From contig JBDRPD010000003.1 in NCBI GenBank assembly GCA_043827405.1, positions 93,914 through 157,913 of the forward strand: a stretch of 64,000 bases of DNA. The letters run 5' to 3'. Under the pieces are notes generated by a model. It worked only from the letters and a program-made list of their open reading frames with translations. It had not been told where the DNA came from and did no database searches. The DNA is from Elusimicrobiota bacterium (lineage in GTDB: Bacteria > Elusimicrobiota > Elusimicrobia > UBA1565). Position 1 is the first letter of the stretch. Each line of letters begins with the position of its first letter. Below are positions 53,831 to 63,820 of the stretch, piece after piece. The position numbers and the translations under genes were made by a program.

Positions 53831-56167
53831 TCACACCATACTACTATCTTCTTTCTGTGTCTGGAATCCGAGAGTTTTGTAGATCTTCAGGCGCCGGCCG
53901 TGCATTCTCTTAAGAACCGGTATTTCGATATCGGCGTAATCGTAGACCTCCGCGCCGGTCTTGCCGGGCAACTCCCGCATGATTCGTCCGACGTATTGGA
54001 TGATCTTGCCTTTAAAGGCCACGGGAAAGGCGAGAAATAACGTATCCAGGCGCGGGCAATCGAAACCCTCTCCTAGATATTGTCCGGTGGCCGTGATAAG
54101 GAGTTCCTTGTCCGGCGGCGCCTCCTGTATGGATTTCAGGATCGCAGTGCGTTCCTTCTTCCCCATGCCTCCGCTCAAGACGAAAGGAGTCTTTCCCTTT
54201 TGAGAAAGCCTTTCCGCCAGCATGAGGCAATGCTCTTTCCAATGGCTGAGAAGCAGACATCGCCGACCCCGGGCAAGGGCTTCTAGGACATCCTCAACGA
54301 TCAGTTCAATGCGTTTCTCGTCATGAACGAGGGCACGGAAGATTTCCTGGATAGGTGTTTCCTCACCCGGAGGCCGGGAGAACTTAGTCGGTCGCGTATA
54401 GAGGGTCAAATCCAATCCGGACTTGGCCTCATCCATCCGGAACCGAACGGGGCCGCACTCCATGGAGATAATGTCCTGGAGCTTGTCGCGCCGATATGGG
54501 GTGGCGGTCAAGCCCAGGACATAGCGGACATTGGCCTCGCGCAGGCAGGCCTCAAACGTGGCGGCCGGGATGTGGTGGCATTCATCCACGATAATGAGGC
54601 CGTAGCGGGAGAAGAAATCGGGCAAGTCATCATGGCGAGCAAGGCTCTGGAGCATGGCGAGGTCCACGATCCCGGTCTGCCGGTCGCGGCCGCCCCCGAA
54701 TTGGCCGATCTTGGCTGAGGGTAGATCGAGCAGGGTCATGAGCTGCTTGCGCCATTGTTCCAGGATGGGTTTGCGGTGGGAAAGGATCAAAGTCGGGACA
54801 TTCCGCTTGGCCGCTGCGTAGCACCCCATGACGGTCTTGCCGGCGCCCGGAGGCGCTACCAAGACGCCGATATCGTGAGACAGAACCGCCCTGGCTGCCT
54901 GTTCCTGAGCCCCCCTCAGGGAGCCATTAAATCGGATCGTCAATTTCTCGGGCTTAGGGCGTTGATCGGAGAAGACAAGTTCGCTGCCTGCTTCTTGGGC
55001 TATTTCCCGGATTCGCTCGTATGTGCCCCGAGGTAGATGATAATGGCTGAAATCCTCCCGGTAGCATTTGATGAATCTGGGTGTGCGATAGGTCGAGTAG
55101 CGTAGTTTCTCCAGCTTGTAGAACTCCGGATTGTGCATGGAGGCCAGGTGCTTGAACTTGGAGGACATCCAAGGAGGGATGCCGGACTTCTCGATGCTGA
55201 CCGTGGCTCCGAGTCCGCAGCGGATCTTCGCAGGGGCGGGATGCTTGGTTCTGACAGTCTTCGCAACCCTTCGTGAGGCCCGGGGACCGATCTCAACGGG
55301 AGGAATCGTTTCTAGAAGCGCCTCCAGTTGGGACGGCGTTAGACGATTGATGCCGCTCAAGAAAGCCCACTGGTCGGGCCAGGGCCGCATGTCCGGAGTT
55401 GAGTGATCGAGGAATTCGGTGTTCCCGAGGACGCGGGACTTCTTTTGGAGCGGGGCCGCGATGAGGTTCCCGAAACCTCCTCTTGGGAGGAAGTCCTGGT
55501 TCGGGAAGAAGCGGTCATAGCTGCCGAGGTCCATGTCTCCGCGCGCATCCATGGTTTGGCGAAGAATCCTCATCCCAAGCTGCCTTGCGGAAGTTGCGGA
55601 GACAGGCGACGAGAAAAATATCCACACATGGCCGCCGTTGCCGGATCGGGAGCGCTCCAGATATGCGGGGACACCATGCTGCTGGCAAACCTCCAAATAG
55701 GCCGCAGCGTCCAGTTGCCAACCCTCTTTATCGAAATCGCCGGCCAGGAACCAGCAGGCGCTATCTTTGAGGAGGGGGAAGACGCCGATGATCTTCTGCC
55801 CGGTCAAGTGTTCAGAAATCACGTTGTCGGTAAGCGGGAGGTACTTTTTCGGCTGCCCCTTGCGAGTCGCCCAAGGATCCTCACAAGCGGGTGCGTAGCC
55901 TTTCTTGCCGGTGCGTTCATTTGACCAGTGGACTGCGTAAACATCATCCCTTCCCTGGAAAAGGGTCCGGAAGAGCGCGATCTTCTCCTGCACGGGGGAG
56001 CTGTTCTGTACGTCCGGCAGTGCGGGCGCCTGGAGTGGCAACTCCCCAGGCTTTGTGACGTAGGCGGCGGGAGGCTCAGCTACGGCTAATCCCAACTGTT
56101 GTTTTAGATTGGAGTTTTCTTCACGCAACCGCTCGATCTCCTGGATCGCTTTATTGAGATCGTCCAT
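53831..56167 (-). CDS. AEP primase-like (TOTE-type) domain fused to SF2 DEAD/DEAH (ResIII-like) helicase
   Basis: LFQGRDDVYA, FLAGDFD, ERSRSGNGGHVW, DRFFPNQD, GNLIAAPLQ; APPGAGKT, DECHH, GLTATP, EGFDCP, QYVGRI. Confidence 0.88.
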   Translation of the reverse strand: MDDLNKAIQEIERLREENSNLKQQLGLAVAEPPAAYVTKPGELPLQAPALPDVQNSSPVQEKIALFRTLFQGRDDVYAVHWSNERTGKKGYAPACEDPWATRKGQPKKYLPLTDNVISEHLTGQKIIGVFPLLKDSACWFLAGDFDKEGWQLDAAAYLEVCQQHGVPAYLERSRSGNGGHVWIFFSSPVSATSARQLGMRILRQTMDARGDMDLGSYDRFFPNQDFLPRGGFGNLIAAPLQKKSRVLGNTEFLDHSTPDMRPWPDQWAFLSGINRLTPSQLEALLETIPPVEIGPRASRRVAKTVRTKHPAPAKIRCGLGATVSIEKSGIPPWMSSKFKHLASMHNPEFYKLEKLRYSTYRTPRFIKCYREDFSHYHLPRGTYERIREIAQEAGSELVFSDQRPKPEKLTIRFNGSLRGAQEQAARAVLSHDIGVLVAPPGAGKTVMGCYAAAKRNVPTLILSHRKPILEQWRKQLMTLLDLPSAKIGQFGGGRDRQTGIVDLAMLQSLARHDDLPDFFSRYGLIIVDECHHIPAATFEACLREANVRYVLGLTATPYRRDKLQDIISMECGPVRFRMDEAKSGLDLTLYTRPTKFSRPPGEETPIQEIFRALVHDEKRIELIVEDVLEALARGRRCLLLSHWKEHCLMLAERLSQKGKTPFVLSGGMGKKERTAILKSIQEAPPDKELLITATGQYLGEGFDCPRLDTLFLAFPVAFKGKIIQYVGRIMRELPGKTGAEVYDYADIEIPVLKRMHGRRLKIYKTLGFQTQKEDSSMV

Positions 56168-56357
56168 TTGGCGTCCGCGTGTATCTCTTCCCAATAGCTT
56201 TCTTGGCTTCCTTGCAGAGAAAAAACCAGGCCGATCGGCCGCCGAGCTTCCGCCAGGGCTTGATCTTCCCCTGTTCAATCCAGACGTAAAGGGTCTGCCG
56301 GGTTATCCCGAGCAGCTGACAGGTTTCTTGCGTGGTGAGCAGATCGGTGGGCTTCAT
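56151..56357 (-). CDS. Excisionase-like HTH_17 protein
   Basis: LLTTQETCQLLGITRQTLYVWIEQGKI. Confidence 0.85.
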   Translation of the reverse strand: MKPTDLLTTQETCQLLGITRQTLYVWIEQGKIKPWRKLGGRSAWFFLCKEAKKAIGKRYTRTPNGRSQ

Positions 56358-56773
56358 TTAATCCATTGAATCAAATTCTTACAGGTGAGTCGAATTTTCG
56401 GTGAGGCTATCTTATTTCGCCTCATGCCGGAGTTCTGTTCAGCGGATAACACCGAGAGGGACAATCAGGTACCATCAGGCACCTTCCGGTCGTGGTGGAT
56501 TCCGGTGGAAGCGAAAAGCATCGAAAAGTGCAGGATAATTCCGAAGACAGTCGTGGCTGTCGAATATCACGAAAGACGCGCTGGAGGGCGTTTCCTGGCG
56601 CTACTTTCCAGAGTGGACAGTAGATATTGGTGCGTCTCTCGACGAGGAATATTGGAGAGTTCCATGATCCACATCCCACGGACAGTGCGCTCCCGTCGAG
56701 AAACCGGACCGGCTGCTAACGGTTTGGCTACCACCTTCTGAAAGCCCCGCGATCAGCGCCGGAGGTGACCATC

Positions 56774-58876
56774 ATGGCCTCCGCTAAACTGCGCAAAGCC
56801 ACATACGATAACCTCCCGAAGTATCTCAAGCCGGTCTTTAGCGATCTCAATGAGTTCGTCAGCGAGCGCCTGGGCTCGAATTTGGGAGAGGATCAGAAGG
56901 CCATGACCAAGTGCGGGGTTGATCACCTTAAGAGGGCACTTTTCGAGGCCAACACCGCGATCACGAAGTTCGTGCGTGAAAATAAGATCGAGCCCTACAT
57001 CACCAAGCTCGAGCACCGCGTCTCGCCCGGCTACTTGGAGCATCTCAAGATCATCTGGCGACGGGCTCTCCGACATCTGTGTAAGAGGAAGCTTCTGGAC
57101 TTGGACATGGACGGCTGCTTGATAGATTCGTTGGAGCAAAGACCGAATGATCCGGATAACCTCCAAGAGGGATACCCCGAGGCTTGGAAGGGCGTCTATC
57201 CAAAGTCCATCATGCCGAGGCATACGGCAAGGGCGATCAGACTCAACGAGCAGGTGGCCTGGGGTGTGCGGCGGGAGTACTGGGACCTCATGAAGCTCGT
57301 GCAGGAGGTCGAGACTGACGCGACGAGGGTGGCTTATTGGGAGGTGGTGCGCATGTTCGCGACCGATCTCAACCTCAAGACTCTCTCGGAACTAGGGAGT
57401 CTGGATGGGGCAAGGCGGCTAATGGACTACTTCCAGAAACGTGAGTATGGCGGGCACTCAGCGATCATCCGGAGGATTCGGACGATCTTTCGGATTCTGG
57501 CTGATGCCAAGAAGATCGAGAAAGACCCGTTCAAGCTAAAAGAGGATAAGGGCCATGGCTATCAGTTCGTGATATTGTTCGCGCGGCTTCCTGCCAAGTC
57601 CAAACGGACCGCCTTCTTTCGTCACATGGGCAAGCGGCACACCATGATAGACGGCACTCCTACTGAGTGCCGTCTCCGGGACGAAGACATCAAGAAGGTC
57701 GCAGTGTATGGCAACCCCGCGCTCAGGGGGTGGCAGCGCCGGCCGCAGGATGAGCTTGAGGCCGCGTTCATGGAGGCTCAGGATAATCTCATCGCAAGAA
57801 CGGTGCTTTTCTTCCCAGCGAGACCGATGGAGTTCTGGGCCATGAACTGGCGTGAGTGGGGGCTAATTGAGGGCGATGAGCGCAAGGAATTCCGCATACT
57901 CATGAATAATGCCCGGCCCCACCATCGAAAGCGACGCCCGGACCGAGTGGTGCCAGCCACATACATCACGGAGTTGGAGCAACTCTGGAAGCTGCGCCGC
58001 GCACTCTTCGGCAGGATAGGGGATATCGACCTCAAGGAGGATCGGTCGGTTGGGACGCTGCGCCCTGGTGTGCCCATGTGGGTTCATCCTAAGACGGGCA
58101 AGAGGCTTTCCCGCCTTGTAACTAAGAAAGCCTTTCGCCGTGCCCTACTCCGAATGGGGGTAAACGAGGGGAGGGCTAAGAAGGCGACTCTCTACTGGGC
58201 CCGCAAAGGGAATGTGACCTTCTGCCGAAACCGTTCAGGGGGGAAGGGCGACAAATTCCAGGCTTTGCAGGGCGGACACTCAGAGGAGATCATGAAGAAG
58301 CACTACGATGGGTCGGAGCAGTTGGCCATCGCCGAGCACTACAAAGAGAACGCGTGGACGGCCCATGGGGTGGTCCCAGTTAGTGCTCCTGGGCATGATG
58401 CTCGTCCGGGGGCACCAGCAGCTGCTTGTGGTATGGCTCCGATTGGCGCCAAGGATATGAACGAGTTAGGCGTCCACCTGTTGTCAGTTCTGAAGGAAGG
58501 GGGATTCGCTGAGCCCAAGAATCTCCAGAACATGGAGCTTGAGCAGTGTCTCAACCTCGCTTCTCTCAAGGCTGGGCTGCTCTATACATACCCCGAGGCG
58601 TCGCAGAGACTTGGGGTGGAGCTCCGGACGCTCGAGCGGTGGGTCGACCAGGGACACGTCCAAGTGATCAGGATCGATGGCCACCGGTACCTGACCAGAG
58701 CGCAGGTTGATGAGGTGGCTCGGGGGCTCAGCCCCGAGGAAGCTGGTGGGGTCATTAAGCGCTCCGCCCGGCAGGTGAGGAACTTGGTGCGGGACGGTAA
58801 GATCGTGGCGATCACGATGGGGAAGAAGATCGTTATCGCGCCGGCGGAGTTGCGTGCCTACATGAGTACGCTGTGA
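56774..58876 (+). CDS. Divergent tyrosine recombinase with two C-terminal HTH_17 domains
   Basis: GGAGG RBS; PARPMEF..MNW (box I Arg), TLYWARK (HxxR-like), GGHSEEIMKKHY (box II His/Tyr); YTYPEASQRLGV and LSPEEAGGVI..SARQVRNLVRDGKI. Confidence 0.72.
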   Translation: MASAKLRKATYDNLPKYLKPVFSDLNEFVSERLGSNLGEDQKAMTKCGVDHLKRALFEANTAITKFVRENKIEPYITKLEHRVSPGYLEHLKIIWRRALRHLCKRKLLDLDMDGCLIDSLEQRPNDPDNLQEGYPEAWKGVYPKSIMPRHTARAIRLNEQVAWGVRREYWDLMKLVQEVETDATRVAYWEVVRMFATDLNLKTLSELGSLDGARRLMDYFQKREYGGHSAIIRRIRTIFRILADAKKIEKDPFKLKEDKGHGYQFVILFARLPAKSKRTAFFRHMGKRHTMIDGTPTECRLRDEDIKKVAVYGNPALRGWQRRPQDELEAAFMEAQDNLIARTVLFFPARPMEFWAMNWREWGLIEGDERKEFRILMNNARPHHRKRRPDRVVPATYITELEQLWKLRRALFGRIGDIDLKEDRSVGTLRPGVPMWVHPKTGKRLSRLVTKKAFRRALLRMGVNEGRAKKATLYWARKGNVTFCRNRSGGKGDKFQALQGGHSEEIMKKHYDGSEQLAIAEHYKENAWTAHGVVPVSAPGHDARPGAPAAACGMAPIGAKDMNELGVHLLSVLKEGGFAEPKNLQNMELEQCLNLASLKAGLLYTYPEASQRLGVELRTLERWVDQGHVQVIRIDGHRYLTRAQVDEVARGLSPEEAGGVIKRSARQVRNLVRDGKIVAITMGKKIVIAPAELRAYMSTL

Positions 58877-58944
58877 GCGCGCTCGCCGGAGCGAGAGCGG
58901 CAGGTGGCGATATTCGCCACCTGCCGCCAGGTCGCGCCCGTCGT

Positions 58945-59232
58945 TTACGTCGCGCCCGCGTTGCAGCGGTACGGGCACATCCACCAATCTCGCGACAGCT
59001 TGCCGCCAGGCTGGATGTCGGGGCTGAACTTTACTCCGCAGTTCTCACACTCCAAGAGCAGGCGCTTCTCGTCGAGCAGGAACATCCCCGCCCAGCGAAT
59101 GGAGTTGTAACTGCGATCGTGAGGTCGTCTGTATTGACGATTCCGGTCACGCTGCTGGATGATAACGTCGCCCTCCCCGCTGTATATGCAGATGTCGCAA
59201 TCTCCAAGGCGGGGCTTTATTTTGTAGCGCAT
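58945..59232 (-). CDS. Small Cys-rich putative zinc-ribbon protein
   Basis: GGAGG RBS before ATG 59232; CDIC, CENC and CPYRC motifs. Confidence 0.55.
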   Translation of the reverse strand: MRYKIKPRLGDCDICIYSGEGDVIIQQRDRNRQYRRPHDRSYNSIRWAGMFLLDEKRLLLECENCGVKFSPDIQPGGKLSRDWWMCPYRCNAGAT

Positions 59233-59769
59233 ATCATACCTCCGGCAATGGGGTTTTGGGCGCATGGGGCGGATGCCATTTGCGGAAATTTTCGAACGAC
59301 ATTTGGGGAAATGCCGATGTCGCTCCGTGTGGCTCCTCGAGGGGGGATGTTGTTTGACGTTACCTGGGAGAATCGTTGATGGGGATATCTTACGATTGGC
59401 CAGGTTTAAAATTACCTCGACAATAGCAGGATTAAGTAGCGGCTGGGGTACATATTGCGACATTTGCGGAAGTATTGGAGCGACATTAGCGGAAGTTGTG
59501 CTGCCAGTTTTCTAGTAGGAATGCCCAGATGAAATGAAGTTAGTGCGGGATTTGTCGGCGTGCATCTCGGCAAGAAGGAGCCCTTTCGATATTGGGTGGA
59601 GCAAATCCGGAATTTTAGAGAGTAGAGATTGAAGCTAGACTCACCCTTTTGAGGGGACGTCACAAGGAATTCAGGTGCTTTATGGGGGGCTCAGTTCGTC
59701 GCCGACACAGTCAGATGTGAAGGGGGCAGCCCCGGCATGACCTCAGCATTTTGGGTATAATACTGGGAA

Positions 59770-61077
59770 ATGAAGGATTTTCTCCCATACGCGAAGCAGC
59801 TCGAAGGGTTTCTTCTTCGTGGCAATGAGTACAAGACGAGCCAAATTCTGCGCCAAGATATTGCGGCGGCCTTAGATGGTCAGCCGCGCCAGGAAATCCG
59901 CCGGAGAATCCCTCTCAAACTCCTTCGGGAGACTGGGACATTCTTTACCAGCAAGAGCCTGGCGTGCAAGCTTCTTAACGCGACATCTACCCCCCTTACC
60001 CAAAGCAGTGTCGTTGCAGACCCGGCCTGTGGAGTAGGCGATTTACTGCTTGCCCATTCTCGGCAACTTCCAGTCAAGAATAGTCTACGGGAGACCCTCT
60101 CTCACTGGAATCAACGTCTAGTTGGGAGAGATATCCATCCTGAACTCGCTCGAGTAGCCCGGCTGCGTATCGCATTGGAGTCTATCCGCAGAGGCGTTAA
60201 GAACCATGACGTTCTTCCGTCAGAGCTTTGTTCTCTGCTTTCTAATATCCGTGCTGGGGATGGCCTTAGAAGTCCCCGCCTGTTTTCTTTTGGGACCCAT
60301 GTTCTCCTCAATCCTCCTTTTAGCTCTCGGGAAGCCTCCGACTCATGCTCCTGGGCCTCTGGAGGAGTGAGCATGGCGGCGGTGTTCATAGACCACTGCC
60401 TCTCACATGCCAAGGACGGGTGTGCGGTCACGGCAATCCTGCCTGATGTTCTCCGCAGTGGCGTTCGTTACGAGAAGTGGCGAAAGCGGATTGAGTCGAT
60501 GGCCCAAGTAAAGAAGGTGCGGGCGGTTGGACAATTTGACCGCTGGACGGACGTTGATGTCTTCCTTCTCGACACAATAGTCAAACAGGAAGGTAAAACA
60601 GGCCCTCATGTTTCGTGGAAGGGTGTTTCGACACACGTGGGGAAGACTATTGGAGAGGTTTTTTCTGTTTCTGTCGGGCCGGTTGTCCCCTTCAGGCATC
60701 CTAAGCAGGGGCCCTTGCGTCCCTATATCCGTTCTGGCGAATTGCCGGCATGGAAAGTCATCGCTTCCGCACCCAGAAATCGTCGGTTTGCAGGTGCCAC
60801 TGTCCAACCGCCCTTCGTTGCCGTTCGTAGAACCTCTCGGCCGGGAGATCAATTCCGTGCAATAGGTACCATTATTCGGGGGGAGGGCAACGTTGCAGTA
60901 GAGAATCACCTGCTTGTCCTCCAACCCAAGGACAAGACTTTACAACGCTGCAAAGACTTGCTGAGCTGCCTGCGAGACTCCAGGACAACTCAGTGGCTAG
61001 ATAAACGGATCCGATGTCGTCACTTAACAGTGGGGGCCCTATCGGATATCCCTTGGTGGGGTGATGAGCATGAGTGA
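59770..61077 (+). CDS. N6-adenine DNA methyltransferase
   Basis: GTFFTS, motif I ADPACGVG.LL, motif IV LNPPF; TATAAT just upstream. Confidence 0.88.
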   Translation: MKDFLPYAKQLEGFLLRGNEYKTSQILRQDIAAALDGQPRQEIRRRIPLKLLRETGTFFTSKSLACKLLNATSTPLTQSSVVADPACGVGDLLLAHSRQLPVKNSLRETLSHWNQRLVGRDIHPELARVARLRIALESIRRGVKNHDVLPSELCSLLSNIRAGDGLRSPRLFSFGTHVLLNPPFSSREASDSCSWASGGVSMAAVFIDHCLSHAKDGCAVTAILPDVLRSGVRYEKWRKRIESMAQVKKVRAVGQFDRWTDVDVFLLDTIVKQEGKTGPHVSWKGVSTHVGKTIGEVFSVSVGPVVPFRHPKQGPLRPYIRSGELPAWKVIASAPRNRRFAGATVQPPFVAVRRTSRPGDQFRAIGTIIRGEGNVAVENHLLVLQPKDKTLQRCKDLLSCLRDSRTTQWLDKRIRCRHLTVGALSDIPWWGDEHE

Positions 61078-63136
61078 AGCACATCTTCGCTTTTCTGCCA
61101 GCATACTTAAGCGGCTTGGAGAGGAGCTAAACCCCCATGTAGACCAAGGGATTCTCGAGCTGGCCAAGAACGCGTACGACGCAGATGCCAAGGTGTGTGC
61201 AATCCGGCTCATAAAAACAAACCAGCCCGGGGGGGCGGTCTCCATTGAAGATGATGGCGTTGGGATGAGTCAGCAGGAAGTTCAGGGCGGGTGGCTCGTG
61301 TTGGGTCACTCTGAAAAGTCGGCAGACCGACCGACCGAAAAACTTGGCCGCATCCCAGTTGGCAACAAGGGCTTGGGGAGATTGGCAGCCCTACGCCTTG
61401 GGAAGTCTGTTGAATTAACCACCAGGCCGGAGAAAGAGCCTCGTAAAAAGTATTCCGTCAGTATCGACTGGTCGCGATTCGATAATTGCCAGGCCGTTGA
61501 GGACGTGGAGCTTGATATCAAGGAGAGTCGCCGAAAGAAAGTTTCAAGGCATGGCACGTCAATTATTATCAAGAAGCTTGACTCAAAGATATCCCGCATG
61601 GACGTGAAGAGACTGGCGCGGGGGCTTCTTCTCCTTGCCGCACCCTTCAGGGAGGTGAAGCGCGGGTTTCGTCCGGTTCTAAAAGCCCCCGAGTTTCGTG
61701 ACCTCGAAAAACTAGTTAAGCGGCGTTACTTCGATGATGCGGAACTCCGCTTGACGGCTGAAGTTGACTCGGCGGGGCGGGCGACCGCCAGAGTTGTCGA
61801 CTGGAAGGGAAAAGCCCTCTTTACGGCCGCACATGACGACCTCTGCATCCATCCGACGAAGAAGAATTATGGGTGCCCCCCCGCAAAGTTCAGCTTTTGG
61901 GTGTTTATTTTAGACAAGCAGAAGTTTCTTACCCGGAAGTCCTCTCTGAAAGAAGTTCAGGAGTGGTTGGCTGAGTTTGGTGGGGTCCATCTATATATCA
62001 AGGAAATCCGAGTTTCCCCGTATGGTAACCCCGGCAATGATTGGCTGGAAATCAACCTCAGCCGCGTTCGCAGTCCCGAGCTTCGTCCCAGTACAAATAC
62101 CTCGATTGGGCGCATACTGATTTCTGATGACAAGGGGCAGCTTAGGCAGAAGACTGACCGAACTGGAATCTATGAAGGGGGCGGTTTCGATGAGCTGAAG
62201 CGGTTCGCTATTGATGCGCTCAATTGGATGGCTCGCAGGCGTGTCGAAGAAAGAGACAGGCTCCGCACTCGGGAAAGGACGGGGGCTGCCCAGCGGGTCC
62301 ACAAGTCTAAGGGTGACATCGTTAAGGCCATCGAAAAGCTGCCGAGAGTGTCAAAGCAGCGACTCAAAAAGCGTTTTGAGCAATATGAGTTCGCCCGAAA
62401 GCGTGAAGTCCAATCCCTTCGTAAAGAGGTTCAGCTTTATAGGACAATGAGTACCGCAGGAATTACATCTGCCGTTTTTGCTCATGAATCCAAACAGCCT
62501 ATCAAGCTCATTATCCGCAACGCAGGGCAAGTTGAGAAGAAGGGAAAGAAGCATTTGAAGGGTCGATATGCCTCCGTCCTAGAGGCTCCAGTGCTGAGAA
62601 TTGTGCGGCAGGCAAATACTCTGGGCGCCTTCAGTAATATGACTTTAAGCCTGGTCGACCACGATAAGCGTCGTTCTGGTCGCGTTGATATTCACGAGGC
62701 CATTAGGAGTGGAGCCGCGTTGTTTGACTCATTGGCTCGGGATAGAATCGTCGACATCCAACTTGAGCTCGATACTGGCAGCCCCTATCTGCGCGGGAGC
62801 CAGGCCGCCATCGAGTCAATTGTCACCAATCTAATTGCAAACAGCTTTAGGGCGCTTGAGAAAATATTAAAGCCTCCCCGGAAGATTCTGATTCGAACTT
62901 TTCTGCAATCGCAGTCCATAACCATTAAGGCCATGGATAATGGTCCCGGAATCCACGGCGTCAGCTTGAAGGAGATTTGGCTCCCAGGTGTGTCTACTTA
63001 TGCAACGGCGACTGGGCTCGGGCTCGCCATTGTGCGCGACACAGTCACTGATTTGGGGGGCTCTGCGGCAGTAATCAAGGCAGGGGAGTTCGGTGGGGCA
63101 GAATTTACGGTCGAGCTCCCAGTCATTCGGAGTTGA
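61070..63136 (+). CDS. GHKL (MORC/HATPase_c_3-like) ATPase fused to a histidine kinase
   Basis: ELAKNAYDADA, DDGVGM, GNKGLGRLA, GTSI; then FAHE, NLIANS, DNGPG, TGLGLAIV. Confidence 0.88.
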   Translation: MSEAHLRFSASILKRLGEELNPHVDQGILELAKNAYDADAKVCAIRLIKTNQPGGAVSIEDDGVGMSQQEVQGGWLVLGHSEKSADRPTEKLGRIPVGNKGLGRLAALRLGKSVELTTRPEKEPRKKYSVSIDWSRFDNCQAVEDVELDIKESRRKKVSRHGTSIIIKKLDSKISRMDVKRLARGLLLLAAPFREVKRGFRPVLKAPEFRDLEKLVKRRYFDDAELRLTAEVDSAGRATARVVDWKGKALFTAAHDDLCIHPTKKNYGCPPAKFSFWVFILDKQKFLTRKSSLKEVQEWLAEFGGVHLYIKEIRVSPYGNPGNDWLEINLSRVRSPELRPSTNTSIGRILISDDKGQLRQKTDRTGIYEGGGFDELKRFAIDALNWMARRRVEERDRLRTRERTGAAQRVHKSKGDIVKAIEKLPRVSKQRLKKRFEQYEFARKREVQSLRKEVQLYRTMSTAGITSAVFAHESKQPIKLIIRNAGQVEKKGKKHLKGRYASVLEAPVLRIVRQANTLGAFSNMTLSLVDHDKRRSGRVDIHEAIRSGAALFDSLARDRIVDIQLELDTGSPYLRGSQAAIESIVTNLIANSFRALEKILKPPRKILIRTFLQSQSITIKAMDNGPGIHGVSLKEIWLPGVSTYATATGLGLAIVRDTVTDLGGSAAVIKAGEFGGAEFTVELPVIRS

Positions 63137-63151
63137 GCACGAGGTGAAGCG

Positions 63152-63814
63152 ATGACACCGGTCAGTACAGTCGCCATTGTTGATGATAACAAGGATATGC
63201 GGGAAACTATGGCGGCGGAACTCGAAGATGTTAACCTCAGGCCCGCCCTCCTCGAAGGGCCATTTCAGACAGTCACTGCACTGCTAAAAGAGATCCGAGG
63301 GAGGAGGCTGGAAGCCGCTGTCTGTGACTATCATCTCAGTCCGCGCGGTTTTGCTGGGTTTTCCGGGGCACAGGCGGTCGCCGAGCTATACCAGCAGAAA
63401 ATCCCCAGTGTTCTCGTCACGGCCTATGGAAAGGTCGATGTTATCGACATCCGGTCTTTTCGGGACCGTCTTCCCATCCTTATCCACTCTGACGAGGTGG
63501 AGCCCGAAATGGTCGTTGAGGGCTTCAAGGTTTGCCAGCTAGAGTTCGACAACAAGTTCACCGAAGCACGTAAGCCATGGCGAACACTGGTACGAGTTGA
63601 AGAGGTTGATGATAGGCGGTCCAACCCTCCTATTGTGAAGGTCACAGTTCCCAACTGGAATGCCAAGACCGTGGTGGGATTCCAGCTTTCCATGGTCCCA
63701 AAGTCCCATCGAGATAAGATCAAAGCAGGAACCCGGTTCTATGCCGAAATAAACCTCGGCGCGACCGACCAATCAGACCTGTACCTCAAGTCGTTTGAGT
63801 TCCCAGGCGGTTAA
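63152..63814 (+). CDS. Response-regulator receiver protein with an uncharacterised C-terminal domain
   Basis: VAIVDDN, VCDYHL, VLVTAY. Confidence 0.8.
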   Translation: MTPVSTVAIVDDNKDMRETMAAELEDVNLRPALLEGPFQTVTALLKEIRGRRLEAAVCDYHLSPRGFAGFSGAQAVAELYQQKIPSVLVTAYGKVDVIDIRSFRDRLPILIHSDEVEPEMVVEGFKVCQLEFDNKFTEARKPWRTLVRVEEVDDRRSNPPIVKVTVPNWNAKTVVGFQLSMVPKSHRDKIKAGTRFYAEINLGATDQSDLYLKSFEFPGG

Positions 63815-63820
63815 CTCCCA

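Noticed and set aside
58873..59379. 168-aa plus-strand ORF after the recombinase
   Set aside because: No motifs; the opposite-strand Cys-rich ORF has a clear RBS and is preferred, though neither is certain
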